A stretch of DNA of 63,754 bases, the filler included, from Candidatus Omnitrophota bacterium (GTDB lineage: Bacteria; Omnitrophota; Gorgyraeia; JAGLLT01), in the NCBI GenBank assembly GCA_023140385.1. It is 8 parts of 8 records of this genome, joined end to end, with 100 filler letters (N's around TTAATTAATTAA, not from the genome) between each part and the next. Parts side by side here need not be neighbours in the genome. Positions count along the whole stretch, not along the records: positions 25,353 to 51,592 come from JAGLLT010000011.1; positions 51,693 to 53,445 come from JAGLLT010000017.1; positions 53,546 to 59,615 come from JAGLLT010000018.1; 5 more parts are not named here. One strand, given 5' to 3'. Below are positions 47,428-56,557 of this stretch, piece by piece. The position numbers and the translations under genes are program-made. The notes under the pieces were generated by a model that did not search any database, was not told the DNA's origin, and saw nothing but the letters and a program-made list of their open reading frames with translations. The stretch's first letter is position 1. Each line of letters begins with the position of its first letter.

Positions 47428-49143
47428 ATGAGAGAGCAGTTGCTGGAGTTTTTTGAACAGATTCCTGAGAGCGATGATATCCTGATCAAAGGATATGAAA
47501 AGGACGCGGTTCGCGAGATTAGCTGCCGGGAGTTCCGCGAAAGGGTTTTTAGCATTGCCTCTTTTCTTAAAGATAAAGGCATTATTTCACAAGACCGCGT
47601 AGCCATTATTGCTGAGAAGTGTCCGGAGACCATTGCCGTTTTTTTCGCCATTTGGTTAAACGGCGGCATTGCCGTACCTATCTGCGAAACGCTTCAGCCG
47701 AGAGAACTTTCTTTTATTTTAGGTAATTCAGGGGCAAAGATGATTCTTTCTTCTGAAAACCTGAAAAGACGAATTGAGGAATGCCTGGCTCCTTTGGAAG
47801 TGCCAACCTATGACTTTTCATCATGGAAGAAAATAAGCTCATCTGAAATTAATAAGCAAAACTTCGCGTTTCAGGTAAAACCCGAAGACATAGCTTTTTT
47901 GATATATACTTCAGGTTCAACGGGGAATCCCAAAGGGGTTATTCTTAGCCACCAAAACGTAGCCTTTAACGCGGCTGTGGGTGGCGATTATATTCGAAAG
48001 AAAAAGACCGACGCGGTGATGTCTGTTTTACCTTACTGGCACTCTTTCGCGATTACTGCCGAGATTTTTACTATGATGCACACGGGCGGGAAGATATATA
48101 TTCCCAGGAGCAAGGCAACATTTATGAAAGACATTGCCTTGTTTGCCCCGACAATCATTTTGAGCGTACCCCGGATAGCCGAGATGATAAAAAAGGGTAT
48201 TGAGGGTTCCATAAAGAAAAAATCACCGTTAGAGCAAAAGATTTTTAAGTTTGCCCAAAAAACAACTTTAAAATATTATCTTACACCGGCAAAAAAAAGA
48301 GGCCCGCTGAAAAAAATGATGTATCGTCTTACGCGAAAAGTTGTTTTGAAAAAAATAAAAGAGGGTTTTGGAGGACATATACAATACTTTGTTGGCGGAG
48401 GCGCGCCGCTGGATATTTCTCTGGAGAAGTTTTTTCTGAGTATTGACATTCCCATATATCAGGGGTATGGGTTAACCGAGGCCTCTCCCGTCATTAGTAT
48501 TAACGCGCCTCATGATTTCGCGGTGGGTACCTCCGGAAAAATGCTTTCGTGGATGACAGAAGAGTACGATGGTGATTATACTTTTGAGGATGAGAGCGGA
48601 AAGAGGGATAAAAGGTTTAAAGGAGAGCTTTTGGTTAAGGGAAGGTGTGTTATGGCGGGGTACTGGGGTATGGAGGAGGAGACCTCCATGGCGCTAAAAG
48701 ATGGCTGGCTTTATACGGGAGATATGGGTTATATTAATGAGGGGGGCTATTTAATATTATTTGGACGGAAAAAGAATTTATTGTGTTTGAAGGGGGGAGA
48801 GAAATTTTATCCGGAGTTTATCGAGGAGCAAATAAAGACCTCACCTTATATTCTTCAAGCCATGATTATTGGAGAAGGATGCGCGCGTTCATCCGTTCTT
48901 GTAAATATTAATCAGGATTTACTAAAGGGGAAAACCGCCGAAGAGATTGATAAGATTATTGCTCAGGATGTCCGGCAGTTGACCCATGATTTTGAGACAT
49001 ACCAACGGCCCGCCCGGCACCTGGTACTGCCGGAGTTTACTGTGGAAGAAGGCTTGCTTACCAATACGCTGAAGATAAGAAGGTACAGGGTGTTAGAAAA
49101 ATATAATAAAGAGATTGGCGAGTTGCTTAAGAGGATTAAATAG
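47428..49143 (+). CDS. AMP-dependent synthetase / long-chain acyl-CoA ligase (second type)
   Basis: YTSGSTGNPKG, GGGAPL, QGYGLTE and LLTNTLKIRR. Confidence 0.88.
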   Translation: MREQLLEFFEQIPESDDILIKGYEKDAVREISCREFRERVFSIASFLKDKGIISQDRVAIIAEKCPETIAVFFAIWLNGGIAVPICETLQPRELSFILGNSGAKMILSSENLKRRIEECLAPLEVPTYDFSSWKKISSSEINKQNFAFQVKPEDIAFLIYTSGSTGNPKGVILSHQNVAFNAAVGGDYIRKKKTDAVMSVLPYWHSFAITAEIFTMMHTGGKIYIPRSKATFMKDIALFAPTIILSVPRIAEMIKKGIEGSIKKKSPLEQKIFKFAQKTTLKYYLTPAKKRGPLKKMMYRLTRKVVLKKIKEGFGGHIQYFVGGGAPLDISLEKFFLSIDIPIYQGYGLTEASPVISINAPHDFAVGTSGKMLSWMTEEYDGDYTFEDESGKRDKRFKGELLVKGRCVMAGYWGMEEETSMALKDGWLYTGDMGYINEGGYLILFGRKKNLLCLKGGEKFYPEFIEEQIKTSPYILQAMIIGEGCARSSVLVNINQDLLKGKTAEEIDKIIAQDVRQLTHDFETYQRPARHLVLPEFTVEEGLLTNTLKIRRYRVLEKYNKEIGELLKRIK

Positions 49144-49294
49144 GCGGTATCTTTTTGCTTCGGCGTATTGACATAAGGATATTAGTAGCATATACTTTAG
49201 ATAATAGGCCTGATTAGTCTATCAAAATTTTCGTGAAAGAATTTAATCTGAAAGCCAAACGGGTATTATCAAAAAATATGGGAGGAGTGAAGTA

Positions 49295-49669
49295 ATGGAT
49301 AAAAAAAAGATATTGCTTATTGATAATGATAAAGATTTTGCTGACGTAGTAAAAATGGCGCTTGAGGCAACGGAGAAATATGAAGTTACAGTAGAAAATA
49401 AAGGCGCGAATGGTTTTGTTGTAGCCAGAGCGATGAAGCCCGACTTGATATTGCTTGACATAGTAATGCCCGACATGGAAGGTTCTGCTGTGGCGGCTCA
49501 GATGAAGGATGATGAAAGCCTTAAAGATGTTCCGGTTATATTTCTGACCGCGGCTCTAACAAGAGAAGAAGTAGAAACTCAGGGACGTGTTATAGGAGGC
49601 CATCCTATTATAGCTAAGCCTGTAAGCAAAGAAGATCTTATCAGCTGTGTTGAGAAAAATATCAGTTAA
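49295..49669 (+). CDS. Stand-alone response regulator receiver
   Basis: ILLIDND, LLDIVMPD, IFLTA and AKP. Confidence 0.88.
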   Translation: MDKKKILLIDNDKDFADVVKMALEATEKYEVTVENKGANGFVVARAMKPDLILLDIVMPDMEGSAVAAQMKDDESLKDVPVIFLTAALTREEVETQGRVIGGHPIIAKPVSKEDLISCVEKNIS

Positions 49670-49704
49670 GAGGTTAAATTGTTTTGATGCGGAGAGGGAT
49701 TATA

Positions 49705-50070
49705 ATGAGCAAACAGAAGATTTTAATGATCGAAGATGAGATTGATTTGGCGGAAGTTGCTAAGATTGGACTTGAGGATGCCGGCTATGAGGTTATTTTA
49801 GCCGGCGACGGTGAAACCGGCGTTAAAAAAGCCCGCGAGGAAAAACCGGATATAATCCTGCTTGATGTCGCTCTTCCCGGATTGATGGATGGCCATGAAA
49901 TATGTAAATGTTTGCAGGAAGAGGACAACAAAGATATCCCCATCATTATACTGACCGCGTCTGCTGTAAAGGAAGTTGAAGAGGAAAGCCTTATGTCCGG
50001 CGCGGTAGGTTTTATAAAAAAACCTTACGATTTAAATGATTTGATAAAGAAAATAAAAAGAGTGATTTAA
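49705..50070 (+). CDS. Stand-alone response regulator receiver
   Basis: ILMIEDE, LLDVALPG, ILTAS and KKPY. Confidence 0.88.
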   Translation: MSKQKILMIEDEIDLAEVAKIGLEDAGYEVILAGDGETGVKKAREEKPDIILLDVALPGLMDGHEICKCLQEEDNKDIPIIILTASAVKEVEEESLMSGAVGFIKKPYDLNDLIKKIKRVI

Positions 50071-50176
50071 TAATAAGTTAATACTTAACCCCCGCCTTAA
50101 TTTTACCGGATAGATAATTTTTTCTATCCCGAATTTCAACCCCCGATAGTCACATCTCTTTTTTCCTAAGGATTTC

Positions 50177-50229
50177 TTGACAATTCTTAAAATTTAGTGT
50201 ATATTTTAAATGACGGACTGGTCAGTCCG
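50177..50229 (+). promoter_or_regulatory. tetR promoter and palindromic operator CGGACTG-GT-CAGTCCG
   Basis: TTGACA 50177, 17-nt spacer, TATATT 50200; inverted repeat 50214-50229. Confidence 0.7.
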
Positions 50230-50246
50230 CATAAAAGGAGGCTGCA

Positions 50247-50852
50247 ATGAAGATTACAGATAAAGCAAAGAAAAATGAACTTACCCGAATGAGGCAAAAA
50301 CAAATACTTGATGTCGCATCCGATGTTTTCTCTAAGAATGGATATGCCCGCACCCAAATTGATGAGATCGCGAACATAGCGGGTTTAGGTAAAGGTACAG
50401 TTTATAGGTATTTTAAAGATAAAAAAAATCTCTTTCTCTCTGTCGCGGATAAAGGTATAGAAGATTTAAAAGATCTGGTATTAGAAGCGATGGCAAAAGA
50501 AAGAGAGCCGCTGGATAAGATAAAAAAAGCGATAGAGGTATATTTGAGGTTTTTTGAAGGCAACTCAAGTCTTATTGGAATACTAATTCATGAACAGAGT
50601 GAATTTCAAAAGAGGATCCAGAAAAGATACTTTGATCATTATTATGAACATATCAATAAAATGGAGGAGGTATTCCGCCAGGGTATAGCTAATGGCCAGA
50701 TTAAGAAAATAGATGTCAGGGGCGCGATTGGCATTTTGACAAACATGCTAAATGGCCTTGTATATATGTGGCAGATAGAAGGCAGAAAATATCCAATTGT
50801 AGAAAAGCTCCCCATGCTTGTGAAAATATTTTTTTCAGGGATAGTTAAATGA
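50247..50852 (+). CDS. TetR/AcrR family transcriptional regulator
   Basis: HTH IDEIANIAGLGKGTVYRYFKDK. Confidence 0.92.
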   Translation: MKITDKAKKNELTRMRQKQILDVASDVFSKNGYARTQIDEIANIAGLGKGTVYRYFKDKKNLFLSVADKGIEDLKDLVLEAMAKEREPLDKIKKAIEVYLRFFEGNSSLIGILIHEQSEFQKRIQKRYFDHYYEHINKMEEVFRQGIANGQIKKIDVRGAIGILTNMLNGLVYMWQIEGRKYPIVEKLPMLVKIFFSGIVK

Positions 50853-51592
50853 GAAAGTCAATGATATTGATAATAGTTAAGAAAAAAATAAAATACGCGG
50901 CTGGTTTTATTTTATTAATTCTTTTACCAGTATATTCATATGCTGAAGAAACTAAAGTAGAGGCCGAAGTGTTTACTTTAGAAAAAAGTATCAGTATGGC
51001 GTTAGAGAACAATTACGGATTAAAAGCCGCCTCAGAAAAAATTACCGGCGCCGAAGAAAAAAGCTGGGAAGCAAAAACTTTGTTTTTCCCAAAATTTAAA
51101 GCGGAATCTTCCTATGTCCATTTAAACGAATCTCCAAGTTTAGATTTAGAAGCAGGGGCACTTGCTCCACAGGCACTATCAATAGGGGTCGGCGATGATA
51201 ATATGTATAATGTGCAAGGAGTGGTTCAGCAGCCGCTCTTTACGGGGGGCAAGATTCTTTCCTTAAATAAACAAGCCAGAAATAATTTAGAAGTTACAAA
51301 ATATAATTATGAGGAAGTAAAACAAAATCTAATTTTACAGGTTAAAGAGGCTTATTTTGGAATATTGGTAACTCAAAAGTATAAGAAAGTTTGTCAGGAC
51401 GCGGTAGAGCAGATGAGCGCTCATCTTGAGACTGTAAGAGGCCTCTATAATGCCGGCACTGTCGCGAACATTGACCTTCTGAGGACTGAAGTGCAATTGG
51501 CAAACGCGGAGCAGGCACTTATTAAAGCTGAAAATGGGGTTGAGTTAGCAAAATCTTTATTTAATACCATATTAGGCAGAAATCTAAATTCG
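50849..51592 (+). CDS. TolC family outer-membrane efflux protein (partial)
   Basis: TLEKSISMALENN, QPLFTGG and VKEAYF; cut by contig break. Confidence 0.85.
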
Positions 51593-51845
51593 NNNNNNNN
51601 NNNNNNNNNNNNNNNNNNNNNNNNNNNNNNNNNNNNTTAATTAATTAANNNNNNNNNNNNNNNNNNNNNNNNNNNNNNNNNNNNNNNNNNNNTGATAGTA
51701 ATCAGATTTCTTCAGATGGCATAGCTAATGGGGTTGAAGTAGAGGATTTGAGCGAGACTTCCGATGTAGGTAACTCTTTAAGTCTGACAGAGTTAGACAA
51801 CGAAAAAGAATCTTTGGCAGCAACTGTCACCACCAAAGATTCAAA

Positions 51846-51919
51846 CGCGCCCGGCAGGACTCGAACCTGCAACCTTCGGATTCGAAGTCCACTGCTCTAT
51901 CCAATTGAGCTACGGGCGC
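51846..51919 (-). tRNA. tRNA-Arg(UCG), CCA not encoded, imperfect anticodon stem
   Basis: GCGCCCG TA GCTC AATTGGATA GAGC A GTGGA CTTCGAA TCCGA AGGTT GCAGG TTCGAGT CCTGC CGGGCGC G folds as a cloverleaf. Confidence 0.9.
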
Positions 51920-51922
51920 AAA

Positions 51923-51950
51923 TATAGCGTATAGCGGATAGCGTATAGTT
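51923..51950. repeat. 4 x 7-nt repeat TATAGCG immediately 5' of tRNA-Arg
   Basis: TATAGCG TATAGCG GATAGCG TATAGTT. Confidence 0.75.
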
Positions 51951-52169
51951 GCTAACTAATTTAAAGTCTTTTTAAAAGAACAAGCTTTTTTATTTTTTGA
52001 AGTATCATAATATCGAAAAAAAACCGCGATGTCAAGTACAACCGCAGTAATCTTTCCGCCATTTAAAAATTAATAAAATAGGGAGAAATCCAGATGCTCT
52101 GCTTACCAACACACCGCTATCTATCTTCAGCAAGATGTCACGTTATAGGACATCTATTATCCCTCAAGT

Positions 52170-52400
52170 TCAGTATCCTGTACGTTCGACCTTCAGGGCA
52201 CTGCCGCACTTACTGCACTTATGAGTTCCTTCCATATCATCCAGATCATAATGATCCGAGCAAAAAGAAACATCGCACTTCTCACAAAAAGCGATCAGAT
52301 CGTGACTGATTACCACTACACCCTGATTCTGCATAGCACGTATTTTTTCTCCTATTGACGCCTTTGTCTTACCGCATACACTGCACACATCTCTTGACAT
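52170..52400 (-). CDS. Small Cys-rich (zinc-finger-like) protein
   Basis: CSVC, CEKC, CSDH and CSKC motifs; strong SD AAGGAGG. Confidence 0.7.
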   Translation of the reverse strand: MSRDVCSVCGKTKASIGEKIRAMQNQGVVVISHDLIAFCEKCDVSFCSDHYDLDDMEGTHKCSKCGSALKVERTGY

Positions 52401-52437
52401 ACCCCCTCCTTTTTTTATTGATGTATTATTACAATAA

Positions 52438-53037
52438 TCATAATCCTCTTAAGTTATCAATTTTTAACCTCGACGGCGTAATGGTATGAAAATGCCCGGA
52501 ATTGCCATCATAAAAAGCGTACTCAAGGTCTCTATCGTAGCCATCCCAGCCGGCATAGATAATATGAGGACGGTTAAAAGCATCAAGGACAAGCGAATTT
52601 GATACACCTCCCGAATTAAAACCTCCCGAAACATCCATCGGGGCATCCCAGGAAAAACCGTTATGCTTAATATATTTTAAGTCGTAATAATTATAGGCAT
52701 AATGATAAGTAATATGAGGATTATCAAAGGAATCCAGAGCCAACGAAGTATCTCCGCTGTTTGAATAATATCCCGCGTAGCTCACTCTCTCACTACTCCA
52801 TGAACCATCAAAAGAAGCATACATCAGCCCAAAGCTTCTATGCTCTCCTTGAATAAATGATATATGGGGATTCGCGAAACTATCTAAGTTAATGGAGGGA
52901 CTGCCTAAACTGCCATAAGACTGGCAATAAACATCCTGTATGTCCCAATTAAGGGCAAAGGTATTTAAAGCGGTAAGGATGGATAAGGAAAACACGCATA
53001 ACAAAACCAAGAGTATCTTTTTCATATCTCTTTTCAT
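52438..53037 (-). CDS. Secreted beta-propeller-repeat protein, probably C-terminally truncated
   Basis: Signal peptide plus three S(I/L)xLDxFxxPHIx(F/Y) repeats; abrupt unrelated tail. Confidence 0.65.
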   Translation of the reverse strand: MKRDMKKILLVLLCVFSLSILTALNTFALNWDIQDVYCQSYGSLGSPSINLDSFANPHISFIQGEHRSFGLMYASFDGSWSSERVSYAGYYSNSGDTSLALDSFDNPHITYHYAYNYYDLKYIKHNGFSWDAPMDVSGGFNSGGVSNSLVLDAFNRPHIIYAGWDGYDRDLEYAFYDGNSGHFHTITPSRLKIDNLRGL

Positions 53038-53174
53038 TGCCTCCTGTCATAATATATTTCCTCAATACCACACCTCACCTCCGTAATTTAGTATAACAAA
53101 AAAACCCGCGCCCCGCAAGCGCAAAAAAAAGCGGCCATTTATTATACCCAAAATAAATAACCGCCGCTTCAAAT

Positions 53175-53254
53175 TGGGGTGAGCGAGGGGATTTGAACCC
53201 CCGGCCTCCGAAGCTAAAACAAACTATCTCAGCGAAGGCGGAAGCTACAGGCGC
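53175..53254 (-). pseudogene. Chimeric tRNA remnant: tRNA-Arg-like 5' end + palindromic repeat + tRNA-His-like 3' half
   Basis: GCGCCTGTAGCT ... CCGCCTTCGCT...AGCTTCGG AGGCC GGGGG TTCAAAT CCCCT CGCTCAC CCCA; acceptor halves do not pair and there is no anticodon arm. Confidence 0.7.
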
Positions 53255-53335
53255 AGTTTTTTTATATTTTTTTAAAAATGCTTGTATGTTTTTCAGATGC
53301 GCAATAAATATATTTTTCTTAACGTTACTGAATAT

Positions 53336-53445
53336 TTACTCATCAGCCGGAAAAAATCTACTTAAAACAGCTGCATTAAAATGATTCATATCAATAGGTT
53401 TGGTTATATATTCAAAAGCCCCCGCCTCAAAACATCTTTTTCCCT
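53336..53445 (-). CDS. Response regulator receiver, C-terminal fragment
   Basis: Manual translation GKRCFEAGAFEYITKPIDMNHF... Confidence 0.7.
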
Positions 53446-53545
53446 NNNNNNNNNNNNNNNNNNNNNNNNNNNNNNNNNNNNNNNNNNNNTTAATTAATTA
53501 ANNNNNNNNNNNNNNNNNNNNNNNNNNNNNNNNNNNNNNNNNNNN

Positions 53546-53896
53546 GATGAGGCGGTAATTATTGATTACAAGTCCTCGAGCGTACGGGAGCAGAAGAAGG
53601 CGGATAAAAAAACTAAAGACAGCGTCCAGCTTGGACTCTACGCGCTGGCATACAGGGAAAAGAGAGGCAGGCTGCCGGATAGGGTAGAGCTGCATTTTTT
53701 AGAGTCCGGACTGATAGGCAGGGCGGAAAAAACAGACGACGATATGGATAATATCCTTGAGAAAATTAAGGAGGTGTCGGGCGGCATACGAAGGCAGGAT
53801 TTTAAGGCAAAACCCGCTTACCTGGCCTGCCAATATTGTCCGTATAGCCAGATATGCCCTAATACTTTGAGTAAAAATAAACTGTCCCTTAGTTAA
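53546..53896 (+). CDS. C-terminal PD-(D/E)XK nuclease domain (AddAB/UvrD-fusion type, Fe-S Cys motif), partial
   Basis: Manual translation IIDYKSS, QLGLYALA and CQYCPYSQIC. Confidence 0.8.
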   Translation, partial: DEAVIIDYKSSSVREQKKADKKTKDSVQLGLYALAYREKRGRLPDRVELHFLESGLIGRAEKTDDDMDNILEKIKEVSGGIRRQDFKAKPAYLACQYCPYSQICPNTLSKNKLSLS

Positions 53897-53941
53897 GCTT
53901 TGGGATTAATTCGTCCCGCCGTGGCGGGACTATTAAGGGGG
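53888..53941 (+). repeat. Palindromic mini-element, copy 2
   Basis: TTAAGCTTTGGGATTAATTCGTCCCGCCGTGGCGGGACTATTAAGGGGG, directly before the DUF167 ATG. Confidence 0.75.
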
Positions 53942-53946
53942 CCAAT

Positions 53947-54177
53947 ATGAATGTTCAGGTGAAGGTGGTGGCTAATGCCGCTAAAAATATGGTGAAAAGT
54001 GAAGGCGATTATTTGAAGGTTTATGTTGGTGCTCAGAGGGAAAAGGGCAAGGCTAATAAAGAGGTTGTTCGGGTTTTGGCTGAACATTTCAAGATTAGTA
54101 AAAGTGATATAGAAATAGTGAGCGGTGAAACAACAAACAAAAAGACGGTTCACTTTAAAGTGCCGGTGAAGATATGA
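53947..54177 (+). CDS. DUF167/YggU family protein
   Basis: VKVVANA, GKANKEVVRVLAEHF and IVSGETTNKK. Confidence 0.85.
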   Translation: MNVQVKVVANAAKNMVKSEGDYLKVYVGAQREKGKANKEVVRVLAEHFKISKSDIEIVSGETTNKKTVHFKVPVKI

Positions 54178-54731
54178 AGGTAGAAAAGGACGTAATCGTC
54201 TTTGACATTGAAACCCAGAATACATTTGCGGATGTAGGTAATGGCGGCTGTGCCAAGCTGCTTTTGTCAGTGGCTGTGGCTTACTTCTACAAAGATAATA
54301 GTTATAGAGTTTATACGGAAGAAAACATTGGTGAGTTCTTGCCTTTATTAAAGGCGGCAGAGCTGGTCATCGGCTTTAATATCAAAGGGTTTGACTATCC
54401 GGTGCTTGAGAAGTACTTTAAGGAGCCGCTTGATGAAGTTCGGACTTTAGACATTCTCTATAAGGTTCACGCTTCATTAGGCAGGCGCATAAAGTTAGAT
54501 TACCTGGCTGAGGCTACCCTGGGCAGTAAAAAAAGCGCTGATGGGCTGATGGCGGTTAAATTTTGGCGGAGCGGCCGGATAGATGAACTCATTGATTACT
54601 GCAGGCAGGATGTTAAACTGACGAAAGAACTTTATGAGTTTGGCTGTCAAAATAGCTATCTATTGTATAGAAAATACGGCCACCTGGAAAAGATTCCGGT
54701 CAGTTGGTGCAAAAAGGAGAATTTTTTATAA
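54174..54731 (+). CDS. RNase H-like (YprB/DEDD-type) nuclease domain protein
   Basis: VFDIETQ, IGFNIKGFDYPVL, KLDYLAEATLG and YCRQDV. Confidence 0.82.
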   Translation: MKVEKDVIVFDIETQNTFADVGNGGCAKLLLSVAVAYFYKDNSYRVYTEENIGEFLPLLKAAELVIGFNIKGFDYPVLEKYFKEPLDEVRTLDILYKVHASLGRRIKLDYLAEATLGSKKSADGLMAVKFWRSGRIDELIDYCRQDVKLTKELYEFGCQNSYLLYRKYGHLEKIPVSWCKKENFL

Positions 54732-54817
54732 ATCCTTGTACGATTTATAGGGATTAATTAAGGAAGTTAATGGGCTCCTTGCTTAAACAAAGGTAAATTT
54801 TCTATGATAATTTACCT

Positions 54818-54866
54818 TTAAGCTTCGGAGTTAATTCGTCCCGCCACGGCGGGACTATTAAAGGGG
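54818..54866 (+). repeat. Palindromic mini-element, copy 3
   Basis: TTAAGCTTCGGAGTTAATTCGTCCCGCCACGGCGGGACTATTAAAGGGG. Confidence 0.75.
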
Positions 54867-54875
54867 GTGGATGAA

Positions 54876-55112
54876 ATGCCGTATGATAAGGAATTGGATA
54901 AGGCGGTTTTTGAAGAAGCGAAGGAGTTTGGCAATACGAAGATTGTTATCGGGGTGTATTCTTATAACAATGCTGAGGCAAAACTGCAGATTGCCAGAGA
55001 GTTTAAGAATGCTGACGGACAGTGGCAGTACTCTAAGTTGGGGCGCCTGACGAAAGAAGAGGTTCAGGGCGTTCTGCCGATTATTTCAAGTGCCGTTGAA
55101 AAAATGCAGTAA
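54876..55112 (+). CDS. Small hypothetical protein (possible PC4-like ss-nucleic-acid-binding fold)
   Basis: Beta-rich VYSYN..KLQIARE...W.YSKLGRLT followed by a C-terminal helix. Confidence 0.7.
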   Translation: MPYDKELDKAVFEEAKEFGNTKIVIGVYSYNNAEAKLQIAREFKNADGQWQYSKLGRLTKEEVQGVLPIISSAVEKMQ

Positions 55113-55131
55113 AAGGCTAAGGGAAAAATTA

Positions 55132-56547
55132 GTGAAAAGACATAGAAGAAAAACCAAAATTATCTGCACCTTGGGCCCGGCTGTTAATGATGAAAGACAG
55201 ATAGAAAATCTGGTAGAGGCGGGTATGGATATAGCCCGCCTTAACTTTTCACACGGCAGTCATCAGGAGCACAAGAAAAGGTTTCTGCTGGTAAAAAAGG
55301 CGGCAAAACACTTTAATAGATCCCTTGGGGTTATTCAGGACATGGAAGGCCACCGTATACGTGTGGGAAAGTTTGAAGGCGGCCGGCCTATTCATTTAAA
55401 GCGCGGTGAGACTATTTTTGTCAGCTCTAAAGCGGTAGAGGGAAATGAAAATCTGATAACCGTCTCCTATTCCGGCTTTGAAGGTTATTTGTCTAAGGGA
55501 CATGAAATCTATATAGATGACGGAAATATTTCTCTTAAAGTAAAAAAGGTGAACAGGGATAATGTTGAGGCGGAGGTTGTCTCGGGCGGGCTGTTAAAGG
55601 AAAACAAAGGTATAAATATTCCGCAGGCCAATTTTAAATTTCCGGCCATATCTAATAAGGATAAAAGGGACTTGGAGTTTGGGCTTAAAATGGGCGTGGA
55701 TTATGTAGCTCAGTCTTTTGTCCGGTCTCCGGATGATATAGGGGCCCTAAAAAGCATAATGAAAAAATTGAAGCGGACTGTTCCTATTATAGCCAAAATA
55801 GAAGACCCTCAGGGAATAAAAAACATTGACGGGATTATAGAGGCGGCGGATGCCGTTATGATTGCCCGGGGGGATATGGGCGTAAGTTTGTCTTTAGAAA
55901 AAGTCCCGCTCATTCAGAAGGATATTATTCATAAGTGCAACTGTTACGGTAAGCCGGTGGTAACTGCCACTCAGATGCTGGAGTCTATGACCAATAACAA
56001 AAGACCCACAAGGGCGGAGGTGGCCGACGTAGCCAACGCCGTTATTGACGGAACTGATTTAGTTATGCTTTCAGGAGAAACGGCCATAGGAAAGTTTCCC
56101 GCCGCCGCCGTTTCCTATATGCATAAAATTATTACTAACGCGGAAGAGTCGTTTGATTATGACAACCTGCTCTCTAAAAGACAGATATGCCCGAGGCGTG
56201 AAATATCGGAGGCGGTGGGTTTTAGCGTTAGGAGTTTTGCTCAACTGATAGACTTAGATGCCATTGTTGTTTATACGAAAGAAGGGGTGACGGCTAAAGT
56301 TGTTGCCAAATTCAGGCCTTACGACAGAATTATCGCGGTAACAGGCAGTAAAAAAGTTGCCGGCGAGCTTCTTTTGTACTGGGGTGTCAGGCCGGTTCTT
56401 TTCAGCGGTACTAAAAAAAGGCCCGAGGATATTATTAACTTTCTCTTAAAACAAAAGATAATAGCAAAGGGCAAGCTGGTGATATTTACAAAAGCCGCCA
56501 AAGAGAAGGGTAAAAGATTTGGTTCGATGGAGCTGTTGAAGACATAA
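55132..56547 (+). CDS. pyk: Pyruvate kinase
   Basis: KTKIICTLGPA, ARLNFSHG, IAKIE, MIARGDMG, ATQMLESM and MLSGETA. Confidence 0.96.
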   Translation: MKRHRRKTKIICTLGPAVNDERQIENLVEAGMDIARLNFSHGSHQEHKKRFLLVKKAAKHFNRSLGVIQDMEGHRIRVGKFEGGRPIHLKRGETIFVSSKAVEGNENLITVSYSGFEGYLSKGHEIYIDDGNISLKVKKVNRDNVEAEVVSGGLLKENKGINIPQANFKFPAISNKDKRDLEFGLKMGVDYVAQSFVRSPDDIGALKSIMKKLKRTVPIIAKIEDPQGIKNIDGIIEAADAVMIARGDMGVSLSLEKVPLIQKDIIHKCNCYGKPVVTATQMLESMTNNKRPTRAEVADVANAVIDGTDLVMLSGETAIGKFPAAAVSYMHKIITNAEESFDYDNLLSKRQICPRREISEAVGFSVRSFAQLIDLDAIVVYTKEGVTAKVVAKFRPYDRIIAVTGSKKVAGELLLYWGVRPVLFSGTKKRPEDIINFLLKQKIIAKGKLVIFTKAAKEKGKRFGSMELLKT

Positions 56548-56557
56548 GGGACATACT

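Noticed and set aside
53193..53384. ORFs 53193-53384, 52094-52309 and 53893-54225
   Set aside because: They overlap a tRNA remnant or better-supported genes on the other strand, with no coding signal.
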